From an uncultured Candidatus Binatia bacterium (GTDB lineage Bacteria; Desulfobacterota; Binatia; UBA9968; CAXXLF01): DNA of 64,000 bases. Numbering within the stretch: position 1 is the stretch's first letter; every line of letters starts with the position of its first letter. Positions 61,511 to 64,000 of the stretch are shown here, piece after piece. The notes beneath the pieces were generated by a model. It was given only the letters and a program-made list of their open reading frames with translations, did no database searches and had not been told where the DNA came from. The stretch lies in the NCBI GenBank assembly GCA_965218425.1, contig OZ244621.1:2912001-2976000 (forward strand), given 5' to 3'. A program made the position numbers and the translations under genes.

Positions 61511-62833
61511 TTGGTCCAAAAGTATTTTCTGATGGTTGCTGTTGCCGTTGTCTTGCTGGGTCTTGGTCCCTTTCAGCTTCAGGGCCAGGTCAGGGGATTG
61601 ATTGTTGGGCCGGGGGCCGAGCGGTTCCCCATAGCGGTTCCGCTGCCCAAAAATCTCGGGCCACAAATGAACGATGGAAAATACTCACGGGGAATGGCGG
61701 ATATTGTGGCTCGCGACTTGGAGCTCTCGGGATGGTTCAAGGTGCTGGATCGGTCGGCATACATTGAAGATTCGCGCCGGACGGGAACGGCATTGGGCCG
61801 TTTTGATTTTCGCGATTGGTCCACCATAGGGGCAGAAGCGTTGGTCAAGGGAGGATTCGAGGTAAGAGAAGAGAGCATCGTTGCGGAATTTCGGCTCTTT
61901 GATGTTTATCGTCGACGTCAGATCGTTGGGAAAAGATACACGGCAGAGATCAAGAATTTCCGCAGGATTGCACACAAGTTCGTTGACGAGATCATTTATC
62001 AATTCACCGGTGAGCGAGGAGTTTTTGACACGCGCATTGCCTATGTTTCCACGGGGGGCGGGCGATTTAAGGAAATCTATGTGGCCAACATGGATGGGAC
62101 GGAAAGAGTTCGGTTGACGAAAAATCGTACCATTAACCTCTCTCCTTCCTGGTCCCCCAACGGCCGTACGTTACTTTATACTTCATTCAAGGAAGGCAAG
62201 CCTAGGGTTTATCAGCGTGATCTCTACTCCGGCAAGGATTCGATGTTTTCCTCTCGTACAGGACTCAATCTGGGTGGTAGCTGGTCAGCCGATGGAAAAA
62301 CCATCGCCCTGTCCCTCGAACGTCGTGGCAACGTTGATGTTTACCTGCTGGATCGATCTGGAAGAATCGTGAAGAGGCTTACCAAAAATCCTGGAATCGA
62401 CGTGTCTCCTTCCTGGTCTCCCGAAGGGGACCGATTGGTTTTCGTTTCCAATCGCAACGGCAGCCCCCAACTTTATATTAAGGATCTTGCCAACGGAGAA
62501 ACCAAGCGCCTAACCTACGTGGGTGGGTATAACACCTCCCCCGAGTGGTCGGCCAAGGTGGATAAGATCGTCTATACAGGGCGGTCGGGTGGTCGCTTTA
62601 ATATATTTACCATCGATACAAAGGGTGGGGACCCAAAGATGTTGACTACGAATTCCGGTAATAATGAGGACCCATCCTGGTCACCTGATGGGAGGTACAT
62701 CGTCTTTAGCTCCAATAGGAATGGTCGATACAATCTTTACGTCATGCGAGCCACCGGGGAGAATCAACGAAGATTGACAGTTTCGCCAGGAGATGATACA
62801 AATCCTTCGTGGTCCCCTCGACGATTGGATTAG
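61511..62833 (+). CDS. tolB: Tol-Pal beta-propeller protein TolB
   Basis: G.F.TRIAY and repeated SPSWSP.G (PD40) motifs. Confidence 0.96.
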   Translation: MVQKYFLMVAVAVVLLGLGPFQLQGQVRGLIVGPGAERFPIAVPLPKNLGPQMNDGKYSRGMADIVARDLELSGWFKVLDRSAYIEDSRRTGTALGRFDFRDWSTIGAEALVKGGFEVREESIVAEFRLFDVYRRRQIVGKRYTAEIKNFRRIAHKFVDEIIYQFTGERGVFDTRIAYVSTGGGRFKEIYVANMDGTERVRLTKNRTINLSPSWSPNGRTLLYTSFKEGKPRVYQRDLYSGKDSMFSSRTGLNLGGSWSADGKTIALSLERRGNVDVYLLDRSGRIVKRLTKNPGIDVSPSWSPEGDRLVFVSNRNGSPQLYIKDLANGETKRLTYVGGYNTSPEWSAKVDKIVYTGRSGGRFNIFTIDTKGGDPKMLTTNSGNNEDPSWSPDGRYIVFSSNRNGRYNLYVMRATGENQRRLTVSPGDDTNPSWSPRRLD

Positions 62834-62859
62834 GAGGTCACCAGGTTAAGGAGGAAACG

Positions 62860-63456
62860 ATGAGCATCCGGTGGGTCTCCCCTCTGAACAATCTTGTCCT
62901 AGCAAGCTTGGTCTTTCTGATGGGGTGCGCGCTCAACCCCGCAGGTAAGCCTTCGGCCTCGTCTCAGCAAGGCAGTGATGGGGGGCAAACTCAAAATTCT
63001 CCCACTGGCCTTCGAAGCGGTCAAGTGACAGAATCCGCACAGTCTTCCAGTCTTGAGGCTTTCCGTAAAGGTCAAGAGGTCCCCCCGGCCTCGCGCAGGA
63101 GTGCCTCCAGTCCTTTAAGGGATATTTACTTTGACTTCAATCGCTACTCCCTTCAGCCAGAGGCTCGTCAAACTCTAAAAGCCAATGCCAATTGGCTGAA
63201 GAATAATCCAACCAGGCGAATTGAAATTGAGGGCCACGCTGATGATCGGGGAACCAATGAATATAACCTGGCCCTTGGTGCTAACAGAGCGCAGGCGGCA
63301 AAAGACTACTTGGCCACTCTAGGGATCGCCTCAGATCGATTGTCGACCATAAGTTACGGCGAGGAGTTGCCGGTTTGCAAGGGGCAAGGGGAGTCGTGTT
63401 GGCAGAAGAACCGGCGCGCCCATTTCGTCATTTTTTCCTTAGGGCCCTCTTCCTGA
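62860..63456 (+). CDS. pal: Peptidoglycan-associated lipoprotein
   Basis: Lipobox LMGC; IYFDF, IEGHADDRGTNEYNLALG and NRRA motifs. Confidence 0.96.
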   Translation: MSIRWVSPLNNLVLASLVFLMGCALNPAGKPSASSQQGSDGGQTQNSPTGLRSGQVTESAQSSSLEAFRKGQEVPPASRRSASSPLRDIYFDFNRYSLQPEARQTLKANANWLKNNPTRRIEIEGHADDRGTNEYNLALGANRAQAAKDYLATLGIASDRLSTISYGEELPVCKGQGESCWQKNRRAHFVIFSLGPSS

Positions 63457-63615
63457 CGTCATTGTCTACGTGAATCTCCATCGCGTGAACTTTCCGGGTC
63501 GTGTTTACCCGTACCACAGATCGCCCTATCCGTGAATGCGGGAAGGAACGTTGCGGGCAACTTGCAAGGGCAGTGCCACAATGCCACGGGCGTGAGCCCG
63601 TGGTACGGGGTTTAC

Positions 63616-64000
63616 ATGAACTGGCTCTCTCCCATTTTCATAATCATTACCGGTATGCTGCTGTGGGGATGTGTTACCCCACAAGAAATGATCCTTGTTG
63701 ACAGGGAACAACAGAAACTGAAGTTTGACGGCGTTCAATTCCGTAAGGACCTTGATGGGATCCGCACACACCTGGCCGATACACAGGCGACCCTTCAGGA
63801 AATCCAAGGCCAACTGAATGGGTTGACGGAGAAACAGGCGGAAGTGCGTTATCAGATGGATCGTCGGTTAAGCAATTCCGCTCGCGCGGGGGATGAAAAG
63901 GTCAAGGAGTTGGAAATTCTTGTAGCCGGGATGAACGATGAGATCAAGGCGCAGGGTATACTTCTGAAGGCTCGGGAAGAAGAGTTTAGTGTGCTACGAG
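63616..64000 (+). CDS. cpoB: Tol-Pal protein CpoB/YbgF, N-terminal part (runs off the window end)
   Basis: MNWLSPIFIIITGMLLWGCV lipobox plus coiled coil; position directly after pal. Confidence 0.7.
   Translation, partial: MNWLSPIFIIITGMLLWGCVTPQEMILVDREQQKLKFDGVQFRKDLDGIRTHLADTQATLQEIQGQLNGLTEKQAEVRYQMDRRLSNSARAGDEKVKELEILVAGMNDEIKAQGILLKAREEEFSVLR

Overview
Bacterial chromosomal window. The gene content (many ABC/TTT substrate-binding proteins, two UbiD decarboxylases, tol-pal) resembles deltaproteobacteria-like lineages such as Binatota; this assignment is inference only. Layout: (1) ~1-5 kb: gene debris and a Mu-like prophage remnant (portal, MuF) with a DNA methyltransferase-HNH gene inserted, plus a TG-initiated end carrying 10-bp repeats. 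(2) ~5-14.3 kb: transport/catabolic cluster (Dpp-type ABC, UbiD, heme-oxygenase-like diiron enzyme, internally deleted TPP enzyme, gentisate-dioxygenase-like cupin). (3) ~14.6-27.5 kb: nested mobile/defence island with an IS1-like end, two IS3 elements, IS630, a decapitated IS1595-family element whose cargo is a non-canonical tRNA(UGG), a winged-HTH gene and dinD, then Mrr, a phage-satellite remnant and an MmeI-like R-M enzyme. (4) ~27.6-46 kb: second catabolic/transport region (cupin, asparaginase-like, isochorismatase, XDH-family Mo enzyme, UbiD, NitT/TauT ABC, TctABC, MFS). (5) ~46-64 kb: largely core genes (FKBP PPIase, egtD, Slt, yggS/yggT, tRNA-Leu, secG, tpiA, pgk, tolQRAB-pal-cpoB). 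No CRISPR array was seen. Several single-base frameshifts fall in homopolymer runs and may be assembly errors. The best candidates for undescribed biology are the IS1595-borne atypical tRNA/HTH unit, the UbiD + diiron-oxidase operon and the phage MTase-HNH fusion. All family calls come from motif recognition, not database searches.
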